Below, piece after piece: positions 10,476 to 19,822 of a stretch of DNA of 64,000 bases. This stretch comes from Escherichia coli (GTDB lineage Bacteria; Pseudomonadota; Gammaproteobacteria; Enterobacterales; Enterobacteriaceae). The notes beneath the pieces were generated by a model. It was not told where the DNA came from. It made no database searches and worked only from the letters and a program-made list of their open reading frames with translations. Every line of letters starts with the position of its first letter. Within the stretch, counting starts at the first letter, position 1. A program made the position numbers and the translations under genes. The stretch lies in NCBI RefSeq assembly GCF_016903815.1, contig NZ_CP069973.1; one strand, 5' to 3'.

Positions 10476-10620
10476 TTATATTGCGAATAATTTATGTAAA
10501 TAATGGCTTTTTAAATTCAGGGGGTGAATAAAATTACTCGGCGTCATCTCCGCGGGATTTTCATAAAGTTTTTCCTTTCCAGGCCGAAAATCTTGCATCG
10601 GTCCACAGGAAAGAGAAACC

Positions 10621-12285
10621 ATGTTAAAACGTATCAAAATTGTGACCAGCCTACTGCTGGTTTTGGCCGTTTTTGGCCTTTTACAACTGACTTCAGGCGG
10701 TCTGTTCTTTAATGCCTTAAAGAACGACAAAGAAAATTTCACTGTTTTACAAACCATTCGCCAGCAGCAATCCACGCTGAATGGCAGCTGGGTCGCTTTG
10801 TTGCAGACGCGTAACACCCTCAACCGCGCGGGTATCCGCTACATGATGGATCAGAACAATATTGGTAGCGGTTCAACCGTTGCTGAGCTGATGCAGAGTG
10901 CCAGTATTTCGCTGAAACAGGCGGAAAAAAACTGGGCGGATTACGAAGCGTTGCCGCGTGACCCGCGTCAGAGCACCGCCGCAGCGGCAGAGATCAAACG
11001 TAATTACGATATTTATCACAATGCGCTGGCGGAGCTGATACAACTGTTAGGTGCAGGCAAAATCAACGAGTTCTTTGATCAGCCGACCCAGGGATATCAG
11101 GACGGTTTCGAGAAGCAGTATGTGGCTTACATGGAGCAAAACGATCGGCTCTATGATATCGCCGTCAGCGATAACAATGCCTCCTACAGCCAGGCGATGT
11201 GGATTCTGGTAGGCGTGATGATCGTCGTACTGGCGGTCATCCTCGCCGTCTGGTTCGGTATTAAAGCCTCGCTGGTAGCGCCAATGAATCGCCTGATTGA
11301 CAGCATTCGTCATATTGCAGGCGGCGATCTAGTGAAACCGATTGAGGTGGATGGCTCTAATGAGATGGGGCAACTGGCAGAGAGTTTGCGCCATATGCAG
11401 GGAGAGCTGATGCGTACCGTCGGTGATGTGCGCAACGGGGCCAATGCCATCTATAGCGGTGCCAGCGAAATCGCCACCGGCAATAACGATCTCTCTTCGC
11501 GCACCGAGCAACAGGCCGCTTCGCTGGAAGAGACGGCAGCCAGCATGGAGCAACTGACCGCAACGGTGAAACAGAATGCCGAAAATGCGCGCCAGGCCAG
11601 CCATCTGGCGTTAAGTGCTTCCGAAACGGCGCAACGCGGCGGCAAAGTGGTGGATAACGTGGTGCAGACCATGCGCGATATCTCCACCAGTTCGCAGAAA
11701 ATCGCCGATATTATCAGCGTAATTGACGGCATTGCCTTCCAGACCAATATTCTGGCTTTGAACGCGGCGGTTGAGGCTGCGCGTGCGGGTGAGCAAGGAC
11801 GCGGTTTTGCGGTGGTCGCGGGAGAAGTGCGTAATCTGGCCCAGCGTAGCGCTCAGGCTGCTCGTGAAATTAAAAGCCTGATTGAAGACTCGGTGGGGAA
11901 AGTGGATGTTGGCTCTACGCTGGTCGAAAGCGCCGGGGAAACAATGGCGGAGATTGTCAGTGCCGTGACCCGCGTGACGGACATTATGGGCGAAATTGCT
12001 TCTGCTTCTGATGAGCAGAGCCGTGGTATCGATCAGGTTGGCTTAGCGGTTGCTGAGATGGACCGGGTAACTCAACAGAACGCCGCGCTGGTGGAAGAAT
12101 CTGCCGCCGCCGCCGCCGCGCTGGAAGAACAGGCCAGTCGCCTGACCGAAGCAGTGGCAGTGTTCCTGATTCAGCAACAGCAGCAACAGCAGCGTGAAGC
12201 ATCGGCTGTGGTAAAAACCGTGACGCCAGCTACGCCGCGCAAAATGGCCGTGGCAGATAGCGAGGAGAACTGGGAAACGTTTTAA
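10621..12285 (+). CDS. tsr: Methyl-accepting chemotaxis protein I, serine chemoreceptor Tsr (554 aa, poly-Gln tract longer than I recall for K-12)
   Basis: ORF track 554 aa; HAMP and methyl-accepting signalling domains; C-terminal NWETF pentapeptide. Confidence 0.92.
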   Translation: MLKRIKIVTSLLLVLAVFGLLQLTSGGLFFNALKNDKENFTVLQTIRQQQSTLNGSWVALLQTRNTLNRAGIRYMMDQNNIGSGSTVAELMQSASISLKQAEKNWADYEALPRDPRQSTAAAAEIKRNYDIYHNALAELIQLLGAGKINEFFDQPTQGYQDGFEKQYVAYMEQNDRLYDIAVSDNNASYSQAMWILVGVMIVVLAVILAVWFGIKASLVAPMNRLIDSIRHIAGGDLVKPIEVDGSNEMGQLAESLRHMQGELMRTVGDVRNGANAIYSGASEIATGNNDLSSRTEQQAASLEETAASMEQLTATVKQNAENARQASHLALSASETAQRGGKVVDNVVQTMRDISTSSQKIADIISVIDGIAFQTNILALNAAVEAARAGEQGRGFAVVAGEVRNLAQRSAQAAREIKSLIEDSVGKVDVGSTLVESAGETMAEIVSAVTRVTDIMGEIASASDEQSRGIDQVGLAVAEMDRVTQQNAALVEESAAAAAALEEQASRLTEAVAVFLIQQQQQQQREASAVVKTVTPATPRKMAVADSEENWETF

Positions 12286-12294
12286 CGTAATGAT

Positions 12295-12324
12295 GCCGGA
12301 TGAGTATTTCATCCGGCGTTTTTA
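12295..12324. terminator. Bidirectional rho-independent terminator between convergent tsr and the TRAP permease gene
   Basis: gccggatgagtatttcatccggc hairpin followed by a T-run (A-run on the other strand). Confidence 0.6.
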
Positions 12325-12327
12325 TTA

Positions 12328-13599
12328 TTAAACCAGGAACAGTGAAATCGCCGGGATATATGTCACCAGCATTAGCATTAACAGTAGAGCCGCCAGTAGG
12401 GGCAGGGATTGTTTAAAGAAATTTCCCACCGAAACTTGCGTGATATTACATACCAGCAGCATCACGGTACCTACCGGTGGCGTGAATGCGCCAATCGACA
12501 GGTTGAAGATCATGATGATGCCAAAATGCACCGGATCGATGCCAAAGTGTTCGACCACCGGTTTTAATAGTGGTACCAGGATCAGCAAAATGGCGTTTCC
12601 TTCCAGAAACATCCCCAGCGTCAGCAGCAATATGTTGATAATCAACAGGAACATGTATTTGTTTTCGGTCAGCGAAGTCACAAAATTCGCCACTGCGACA
12701 CCAGCATGTTCCATTGAGAAAATCCATCCCAATGCGGCGCTGGCCATGATTACCAGCATCACCGATGCGGTTGCGCGTGCCGTTTCGCCCAATGCTTTGA
12801 CGACATGAGAAATCCGCATTTCACGATAGATAAAAAAGCCAATCGCCAGCACGATTAGCACCGCTACTGCACCTGCTTCTGTTGGGGTGAAAATGTTAGC
12901 GCGAATACCACCCACCACAGCAAAAATGAGGAACAGCGCAGGCCAGGCCTGTCCCAGCGAGAACACCATCTCTTTGCCCGTAGGCCAGCTTTCACGCGAG
13001 GGTTTAGCGTTAGTTTTGCGGGCGACAAGGTAGACGGTAAACATCAGTACGACTGCGCATAGCAAACCAGGTACCAGTCCGGCGATAAACATTTTTCCGA
13101 TAGAGACATCGGCAACCAGACCGTAAATAATCAGGGCTATTCCAGGCGGTATGATCGGGGTGACTAACGAGCCACCAGCGGTAATGGCGGCGGCAAACGC
13201 GCGATTGTAGCCTTTACGTTCCATCTCCGGCACCATCATGCGCGACAGCATCGCCGCGTCAGCAAGGTTAGAGGCGCTGACGCCGCCCATCATGGTGCTG
13301 ACGAGAATGTTTGCCACGCCCAGTCCGCCGCGCATTTTCCCCACCAGAACGTTGGCAATGTGCAGGATGCGTTCGGCAATGCCGGTGTAGCTCATTAGTG
13401 TGCCGAGCAAGATAAAAAACGGAATTGCCAGCAATGATGGGCTTTGCGTTGGCGCGATTAGTCTTTGCACGGCAATTTCAATCGGTACGCTGGAGAAGAA
13501 TAAAAAGTAAGCGATGATGCCAATAAACATCGCCAGATAGACCCGAATGTTGAGAAACAAACAGACGATCATTAGCGGAATAATCAATAACCAACTCAT
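12328..13599 (-). CDS. TRAP transporter large permease subunit (DctM family), 423 aa
   Basis: ORF track 423 aa polytopic membrane protein with DctM-like sequence; 4-bp ATGA overlap with the upstream DctQ-like gene. Confidence 0.8.
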   Translation of the reverse strand: MSWLLIIPLMIVCLFLNIRVYLAMFIGIIAYFLFFSSVPIEIAVQRLIAPTQSPSLLAIPFFILLGTLMSYTGIAERILHIANVLVGKMRGGLGVANILVSTMMGGVSASNLADAAMLSRMMVPEMERKGYNRAFAAAITAGGSLVTPIIPPGIALIIYGLVADVSIGKMFIAGLVPGLLCAVVLMFTVYLVARKTNAKPSRESWPTGKEMVFSLGQAWPALFLIFAVVGGIRANIFTPTEAGAVAVLIVLAIGFFIYREMRISHVVKALGETARATASVMLVIMASAALGWIFSMEHAGVAVANFVTSLTENKYMFLLIINILLLTLGMFLEGNAILLILVPLLKPVVEHFGIDPVHFGIIMIFNLSIGAFTPPVGTVMLLVCNITQVSVGNFFKQSLPLLAALLLMLMLVTYIPAISLFLV

Positions 13600-14069
13600 T
13601 GCATTTTGTCTCCGCTATCGGATTGTTTTGTATCGTTTATTAACCAGTAGAGGGTATAAATAGCCGTTGCCAGTGCGCCGACAGGGACCGCCAGATCGAT
13701 CCAGAACCAGGAAACTTTCAGAATTTGTGTCACTTTAAACTGCGCCATTTCGGCTAGTCGGTAGCCCAGCCAGGCCATATAAAGCAGCAGTGCGATGGAG
13801 AGAAGGGCGACCAGTACTGCAATAACACGCCTGAGTTTGCCTGGAAGCATCTCCATCAGGAAGGGAATGGTCAGGTGCGCCCTGTCACGTTCCGCCACCA
13901 CTCCACCTAACATCACCACCCAAATCATCAGCATTCCCGACATTTCTTCTGTCCATTGAAGCGGTTGGCCGATGAAATAACGCATAAATACCGCTCCAAT
14001 TGTCACCACAACCAGAACGAATAGCGCAAAGGCAGCACTAAATTCTGCCACTTTGCCAAAAAGACGCAT
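13596..14069 (-). CDS. TRAP transporter small permease subunit (DctQ family), 157 aa
   Basis: ORF track 157 aa, four predicted TM segments, lies between DctP-like and DctM-like genes. Confidence 0.75.
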   Translation of the reverse strand: MRLFGKVAEFSAAFALFVLVVVTIGAVFMRYFIGQPLQWTEEMSGMLMIWVVMLGGVVAERDRAHLTIPFLMEMLPGKLRRVIAVLVALLSIALLLYMAWLGYRLAEMAQFKVTQILKVSWFWIDLAVPVGALATAIYTLYWLINDTKQSDSGDKMQ

Positions 14070-14132
14070 GAAACCTCCTGTTAGTGCGTGTCCTGCCTAA
14101 GAGAGATGAGGCAGGACGCTGAGCATTAATGC

Positions 14133-15104
14133 TTATTGCAGTTGCTGTTGAATGGTTTCGTACAGACCTGGTGTCCATTCCGGGAATTGAGAGTAAACTT
14201 CGCGTGCTTTCTTCTGGAATGGTCCAGTATCGGGATAGATCACTTCGACGCCGGCTGCCTGCATGGTTTTCAACATTTCGGCATCACGCTCAAGAGTGAG
14301 TTTCTGGCTATAGACACCCGCTTCATAGCCGGTCTGGTGGATCATCTCCAGTTGTTCTGGTGAAAGGGTGCTAAAGAAGGCTTCACCACCTATCCACACT
14401 GAGGTATTTGTCAGGTAGTTAACCATTGTCAGATATCTTGCCTGCTCATACAGTTTTTGCCCTTGCAGCACTGAAATTGGGTTTTCTACGCCGTCAATAA
14501 CGCCCTGGGTTAATGCGGGATAAACTTCGCCTAATGGCATGGGAGTTGGTGTTGCCCCCATCGCCTGAATGGCTTTTATTTGCATGACGTTATTAGGAAC
14601 GCGAATTTTTAAACCTGCGAGATCGTCAACGGTGCGAATGGGTTTTTTCGAAATAATCTGTCGAGTGCCATAGAGATAATTATTCATTACCACATGAATT
14701 CCCTTTTTCTTCAGACTTTCATTTTTTTGTTTAAACCAGTCGCTTTCATATATTTTGAACAGTTTTTGCGGATCGTCAGTCAGATACGGTCCAAACAAAA
14801 TCCCCAAATCGGGTTCATAATCGGCAAGAAAAGCCACATCACTCAAGGTTATGACATTCATGCCCATCATGGCTTGCTCGGTGACATCCTGTTTTGATCC
14901 CAATTGGGAGCTGGGATAGAGCGCAAGTGTTATTTCGCCATTACTTTTTTTATTTAATAGGTCTGCCCAGTAACGCATGACCACATCCAGGGGTTCTCCA
15001 GGGTTATTTTCATAGGCAACTTTTATTGAAATAGGTTTTGCCTGGATTATTGACGGTAAAAAAAGGGTACTGACAGTAATTAGCATCGCTATTATTTTGC
15101 TCAT
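14133..15104 (-). CDS. TRAP transporter periplasmic solute-binding protein (DctP family), 323 aa
   Basis: ORF track 323 aa with N-terminal signal peptide (MSKIIAMLITVSTLFLPSIIQA) and DctP-like body; first gene of the dctPQM-type operon. Confidence 0.8.
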   Translation of the reverse strand: MSKIIAMLITVSTLFLPSIIQAKPISIKVAYENNPGEPLDVVMRYWADLLNKKSNGEITLALYPSSQLGSKQDVTEQAMMGMNVITLSDVAFLADYEPDLGILFGPYLTDDPQKLFKIYESDWFKQKNESLKKKGIHVVMNNYLYGTRQIISKKPIRTVDDLAGLKIRVPNNVMQIKAIQAMGATPTPMPLGEVYPALTQGVIDGVENPISVLQGQKLYEQARYLTMVNYLTNTSVWIGGEAFFSTLSPEQLEMIHQTGYEAGVYSQKLTLERDAEMLKTMQAAGVEVIYPDTGPFQKKAREVYSQFPEWTPGLYETIQQQLQ

Positions 15105-15794
15105 CTTTACTTACTCCATGCTAAGGAAATAAAACTCCAACATTGTTGTCGGGAGTGAAACCTTATGAAAAAGCAGTCATTACTGAAAAGTAGTCAGCGA
15201 ATAGCAGAATGGCTGCAGATGTATCATAAATTCGTGCACCGGGTAATACTTTGCTGCTTTTAATCGGTTTTTAATGCATTTTTTGATTGTATATCTTAAA
15301 GTTATGTAATGCATGACGTTACAAGGAACACCCTCTGATGAGTTTAGTTACCGCTGATAAGATCTCTTATTCTGTTGATGATTTATTAAAAATAAAATCA
15401 TTAATTTGGCTGCGGCCATTTTAAATTGTCAATACAGATAAAAACTAAGTGTTGACGCAGAATGGTGGTATCCATTAAATTTATTTAGTGCTGATTTAAT
15501 ACATTTGCTGAACGTATAATTCATGCTGATATTAAAAGAAAACCGTCATTCACTAAATAACTTGTTCGGCAAGGAAATCAGAGAGTAACGGATGATTCGT
15601 TACAACGGGGAAAGGCAGTAAATATTCACGTGGTGAATTTGTTATCAACTTGAAAACTCATTTTACTGGGTTCCTTCTGATCATGTGAGTGAACGCAGTG
15701 ATTAATGATTAACGTTAAGTGCTAACCAGAGCGCTTTTTATGAAGTTAAATTAATAATATCCATTATTTATGAATGAGGAAGCCTGTTTATTAT

Positions 15795-17447
15795 ATGGAA
15801 ATACTTTTAACAATTTTAATTCTTACGTTGGTAGTATCATTAACCAGCGTGCTTACACGTCTGTCTCCTGTCCAGATACCACTTCCTTTAATCCAGATTG
15901 CCGCTGGCGCAGTACTGGCCCAGCCTATATTTGGTCTGCATGTGGAATTCAATCCTGAACTTTTTCTCTTATTGTTTATACCACCCCTGTTGTTTGCTGA
16001 AAGTTCAAAAATACAACCTAAAGAATTGATCAAGCACAGCCGGGAAATTATCAGCCTGGCACTTGTGTTGGTACTAATCACTATTTTTGGTGTCGGCTAT
16101 GTGATTCATTTACTCTTACCGAATGTGCCGCTCATCGCTGCTTTCGCATTAGCCGCCGTGTTGTCGCCTACCGATGCCGTGGCGTTGCTGGGGATTGTCG
16201 GGAAAGGGCGTATCAGCAAAAACATCCAGGAAGTGCTCGAAGGCGAAGCGTTGATGAATGATGCTTCCGGCCTGGTGGCGTTGAAATTTGCTGTTGCAGT
16301 GACGATGGGAACGATGGAATTCAGCGTTCATGGCGCAACCATTGCGTTTTTTGTCGTTGCGTTGGGCGGTATTGCCGTGGGGATCGCTGTTACCTGGTTA
16401 TATGGTAAAGGGCTGCTGTTGATCAGCCGATATGCTCACGATGAACCTTCCATTCAGATTGTATTGATGCTTCTGTTGCCGTTTATTGTTTATCTGGTTG
16501 CGGAACATTTTGGCTTATCTGGCATTCTTGCCGCTGTCGCCGCGGGGTTAACAACCAGTCGCATTGGTGTAGTCCACCACGCGCCTATTCGCCTGAGAAT
16601 TAAAGCTAAAAGTAGCTGGTCGATGCTTGAATATGTCTTTAACGGCATGGTGTTTCTGATTTTAGGCTTACAACTGCCGGGCATTATTTCGGAATCACTG
16701 ATCCGTGCAGAAAACGATCCACTGGTGGACACCGGATCGCTGCTCCTTGATGTCATTTGGATCTACCTGGCGTTAATGGTTGTGCGCCTGGGCTGGCTTT
16801 GGCTGATGCGTCTGTATAGCCGTAAACGACCCGGCAAACATCCGATGCTGTTTGCTGGATATAAAACGCGTCATATGCTGCTGGCGACCTTTGCGGGGGT
16901 GCGCGGAGCTATCACGCTTGCGGGGGTGCTTTCTATCCCGTTATTGCTGCCGGATGGCACACCTTTTCCCGGGCGTTACTTGCTGGTATTTCTCGCCACA
17001 GGTGTGATCCTCTTTTCGCTGGTTTGCGGCATTATTATTCTGCCGTTATTACTGGGGAAAAATGTGGGGATTTTCAGCGATAACCGACAAAAAGAAGAGG
17101 AAGCTGCCGATCTGTTTATGGCTAAAATGGCCATACTGAGTGTGCAAAAGACCGAGCAACGTTTGCTGCGCGCCAGAACAGAAAACCTCGATAACGAGTT
17201 GATTATGGAAACGGGGGCCAGAGTTATCGGTTATATGCGACATAGTGAAGAGGATATGTCGCCTAATGATAATTCCCTGCATATGCAGCGTGCGAAGCTG
17301 GAAAGAACATTTAATCTGGCGGCGTTAAATGCCAAACGCGCGGCTATTTACCAGATGCGCGCAAGGCAAGAAGTCAGTGATGAAACACTGGCAAAAATAG
17401 TCAGTGAATTAGATGTGCTGGAAACGTTAATCATGGATAGCCGATAA
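15795..17447 (+). CDS. CPA1-family Na+/H+ antiporter (NhaP type), about 550 aa
   Basis: ORF track 557 aa from 15774; I place the start at the second Met (MEILLTILILTL, 15795), which is preceded by aggaag; transmembrane exchanger domain plus cytoplasmic C-terminal tail; an alternative start is at 15774. Confidence 0.75.
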   Translation: MEILLTILILTLVVSLTSVLTRLSPVQIPLPLIQIAAGAVLAQPIFGLHVEFNPELFLLLFIPPLLFAESSKIQPKELIKHSREIISLALVLVLITIFGVGYVIHLLLPNVPLIAAFALAAVLSPTDAVALLGIVGKGRISKNIQEVLEGEALMNDASGLVALKFAVAVTMGTMEFSVHGATIAFFVVALGGIAVGIAVTWLYGKGLLLISRYAHDEPSIQIVLMLLLPFIVYLVAEHFGLSGILAAVAAGLTTSRIGVVHHAPIRLRIKAKSSWSMLEYVFNGMVFLILGLQLPGIISESLIRAENDPLVDTGSLLLDVIWIYLALMVVRLGWLWLMRLYSRKRPGKHPMLFAGYKTRHMLLATFAGVRGAITLAGVLSIPLLLPDGTPFPGRYLLVFLATGVILFSLVCGIIILPLLLGKNVGIFSDNRQKEEEAADLFMAKMAILSVQKTEQRLLRARTENLDNELIMETGARVIGYMRHSEEDMSPNDNSLHMQRAKLERTFNLAALNAKRAAIYQMRARQEVSDETLAKIVSELDVLETLIMDSR

Positions 17448-17617
17448 TTTTATCGCTGCCAGTAATAGGGAATTAAATGATGGCTGAGAGTAATACTTCC
17501 AGCATCGTTTATTCCCTATGTATTTCCTTATGGGCAGAACAATCGCCTGGATTAATACTGCATTAATACAACATAGTGATATAAACCAAGAATCAATGTT
17601 TTTAATCTGTACTTAAT

Positions 17618-18523
17618 TTATCGGTGATGTTGCCTGATGGAACGAATCATTGATTGTTTGGCGGTATCCAGATGGTTTCGCAACGCCGTTATTGCATCTA
17701 AATCGCTACGGCAAATCAGGGCGCTGAGAATGGTCATATGTTCATCAACAGCAATGATATTGCGCTGTTTGAGATCGCTTTCATCCCATTGATAGTGAAA
17801 ATGAAAGATCACCGATATAATTTCAAGTGATTGATTAAAAAAGATGTTGTCAGCAGCGGATAACAGCATGGCATGAAAATCACGGTCTAATTGAGAAAAC
17901 ATTCGAAAGTTGCTGCCAATGCTGTCGCGCAATGTCCTGTGACGTTCGAGCATGGTTTTCGCCTGCAACCAGCGAGGGTCATCATCGGGAAGGTTGAGAA
18001 AGTGTTGCAGGGAATGTGTTTCGAGCATTTCGCGTAGCTCAAACAGCTGCTCGGCGTAGGATTGATCGAACTGCTTCATGCTCCATTGGCCGCGCTTTTC
18101 GCTTTGAATAAGATTATAACGACCGAATTTCAAAAGATATTCTCGTACCACTACCGGACTGACGCTTGCCGCTCGCGCCAGCTGAAGTTCGGAAAAGCTT
18201 TCTCCGGCGCGTAACTGGCGCAGGTTAATCATGGTGAAAAATGCCTGCTCGAAAAGACGGTTTTGCTCTTTCAGCGAGGCCGTGATGCAATCAAATCCAT
18301 CGTTCTGTTCGGGTTTGCGGGCGATAACATAATTTTTCCCCACCAGGGTGAGCACGCCACATGCGCTTAAATGCTGGAGTATGTGGCGTACCGTAGTGCG
18401 ACTGATGTTATACATTTCTGCCAGTCCGCTTTGTGAAGGCAGCGGAGAAGGAATATTGCCCCTCGCCATATCTTCAATCACCTGATTTATGACGCTATGA
18501 CGTAAATTCTGCGAACGACTCAT
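17618..18523 (-). CDS. lgoR: GntR-family transcriptional regulator LgoR (YjjM)
   Basis: ORF track 301 aa with N-terminal winged-HTH (AEMYNISRTTVRHIL); divergent from lgoD as in K-12. Confidence 0.8.
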   Translation of the reverse strand: MSRSQNLRHSVINQVIEDMARGNIPSPLPSQSGLAEMYNISRTTVRHILQHLSACGVLTLVGKNYVIARKPEQNDGFDCITASLKEQNRLFEQAFFTMINLRQLRAGESFSELQLARAASVSPVVVREYLLKFGRYNLIQSEKRGQWSMKQFDQSYAEQLFELREMLETHSLQHFLNLPDDDPRWLQAKTMLERHRTLRDSIGSNFRMFSQLDRDFHAMLLSAADNIFFNQSLEIISVIFHFHYQWDESDLKQRNIIAVDEHMTILSALICRSDLDAITALRNHLDTAKQSMIRSIRQHHR

Positions 18524-18566
18524 TCTTCCCTCCAGTCCGGCATTAAAAGCCGATTTAAAACATTTT

Positions 18567-18584
18567 TATGCGCGATCATCCGCA
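18567..18584. promoter_or_regulatory. Inverted repeat in the lgoR/lgoD divergent promoter, candidate GntR-type operator
   Basis: ATGCG-cgatcatc-CGCAT palindrome; position only, no known consensus applied. Confidence 0.3.
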
Positions 18585-18661
18585 TATTTTATGGGTAAAT
18601 TCAGGCGCTCTTATAAATTCGACGATATCTGAAAGTCATAAAATAAAAGGAGCGGTGAATC

Positions 18662-19684
18662 ATGTCCACAATGAAAGTATTAATTTGTCAGGAAATAAAG
18701 AATTTAGTATGGGAAGTCCGGGAAAGACCGGTGCCAGGCGATAATGAAGCATTAATTAAAATTAAAACTGTCGGGATTTGCGGTACAGATATTCATGCCT
18801 GGGCGGGCAATCAGCCATTTTTTAGTTATCCACGCGTTTTAGGCCATGAAATATGTGGGGAGATTATTGAATCAGGAAAAAACATTCACAATTTTAATAT
18901 CGGACAGCAAGTTGCGGTAATTCCGTATATTTCTTGTCAGCAATGCCCGGCGTGTAAAAGCGGTCGTACCAATTGCTGTGAAAAAATTTCAGTCATTGGC
19001 GTGCATCAGGATGGCGGTTTTAGTGAGTATTTGAGCGTGCCGGTGGCGAACATTTTGCCCGCAGACGGTATTGACCCGCAGGCGGCAGCATTGATTGAAC
19101 CTTTCGCTATTAGCGCTCATGCGGTGCGTCGTGCCGCCATTGCACCCAGCGAGCAGGTGCTGGTGGTCGGGGCGGGGCCAATCGGTCTGGGCGCGGCGGC
19201 AATCGCTAAAGCCGATGGCGCGCAGGTGGTGGTGGCGGATACCAGTCCGGCGCGTCGTGAACATGTGGCAACGCGTCTGGAATTACCTGTTCTGGACCCG
19301 TCAGCCGAAGATTTTGACGCGCAGCTGCGGGCGCAGTTTGGTGGTTCGCTGGCGCAGAAAGTGATTGACGCGACAGGTAATCAACATGCGATGAATAACA
19401 CCGTAAATCTGATTCGTCACGGCGGCACGGTGGTATTTGTCGGCCTGTTTAAAGGTGAGTTGCAGTTCTCCGATCCGGAATTCCATAAAAAAGAAACGAC
19501 GATGATGGGCAGCCGCAACGCCACGCCGGAAGATTTCGCTAAAGTCGGTCGATTGATGGCGGAAGGGAAAATCACTGCCGACATGATGTTAACCCATCGC
19601 TATCCGTTCGCCACGCTGGCAGAAACCTACGAGCGCGATGTGATTAACAATCGTGAGTTGATTAAGGGTGTAATTACTTTCTGA
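18662..19684 (+). CDS. lgoD: Zn-dependent L-galactonate 5-dehydrogenase LgoD (YjjN), 340 aa
   Basis: ORF track 340 aa; MDR/alcohol dehydrogenase fold with GHEICGE zinc motif and GAGPIGLG NAD-binding motif. Confidence 0.88.
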   Translation: MSTMKVLICQEIKNLVWEVRERPVPGDNEALIKIKTVGICGTDIHAWAGNQPFFSYPRVLGHEICGEIIESGKNIHNFNIGQQVAVIPYISCQQCPACKSGRTNCCEKISVIGVHQDGGFSEYLSVPVANILPADGIDPQAAALIEPFAISAHAVRRAAIAPSEQVLVVGAGPIGLGAAAIAKADGAQVVVADTSPARREHVATRLELPVLDPSAEDFDAQLRAQFGGSLAQKVIDATGNQHAMNNTVNLIRHGGTVVFVGLFKGELQFSDPEFHKKETTMMGSRNATPEDFAKVGRLMAEGKITADMMLTHRYPFATLAETYERDVINNRELIKGVITF

Positions 19685-19822
19685 TAAGGCGAGATTATTA
19701 AAGTTGCCATGCAGCGTCCGGGGAAGTGTTGGGCGCTGTTTTTTTCTGTTTCTCAATGATGTTTTGTAGGCCGGAGAAGGTGTGTAGGTCGCACCTTATG
19801 CGACCTACACATCAGTCAGGAA

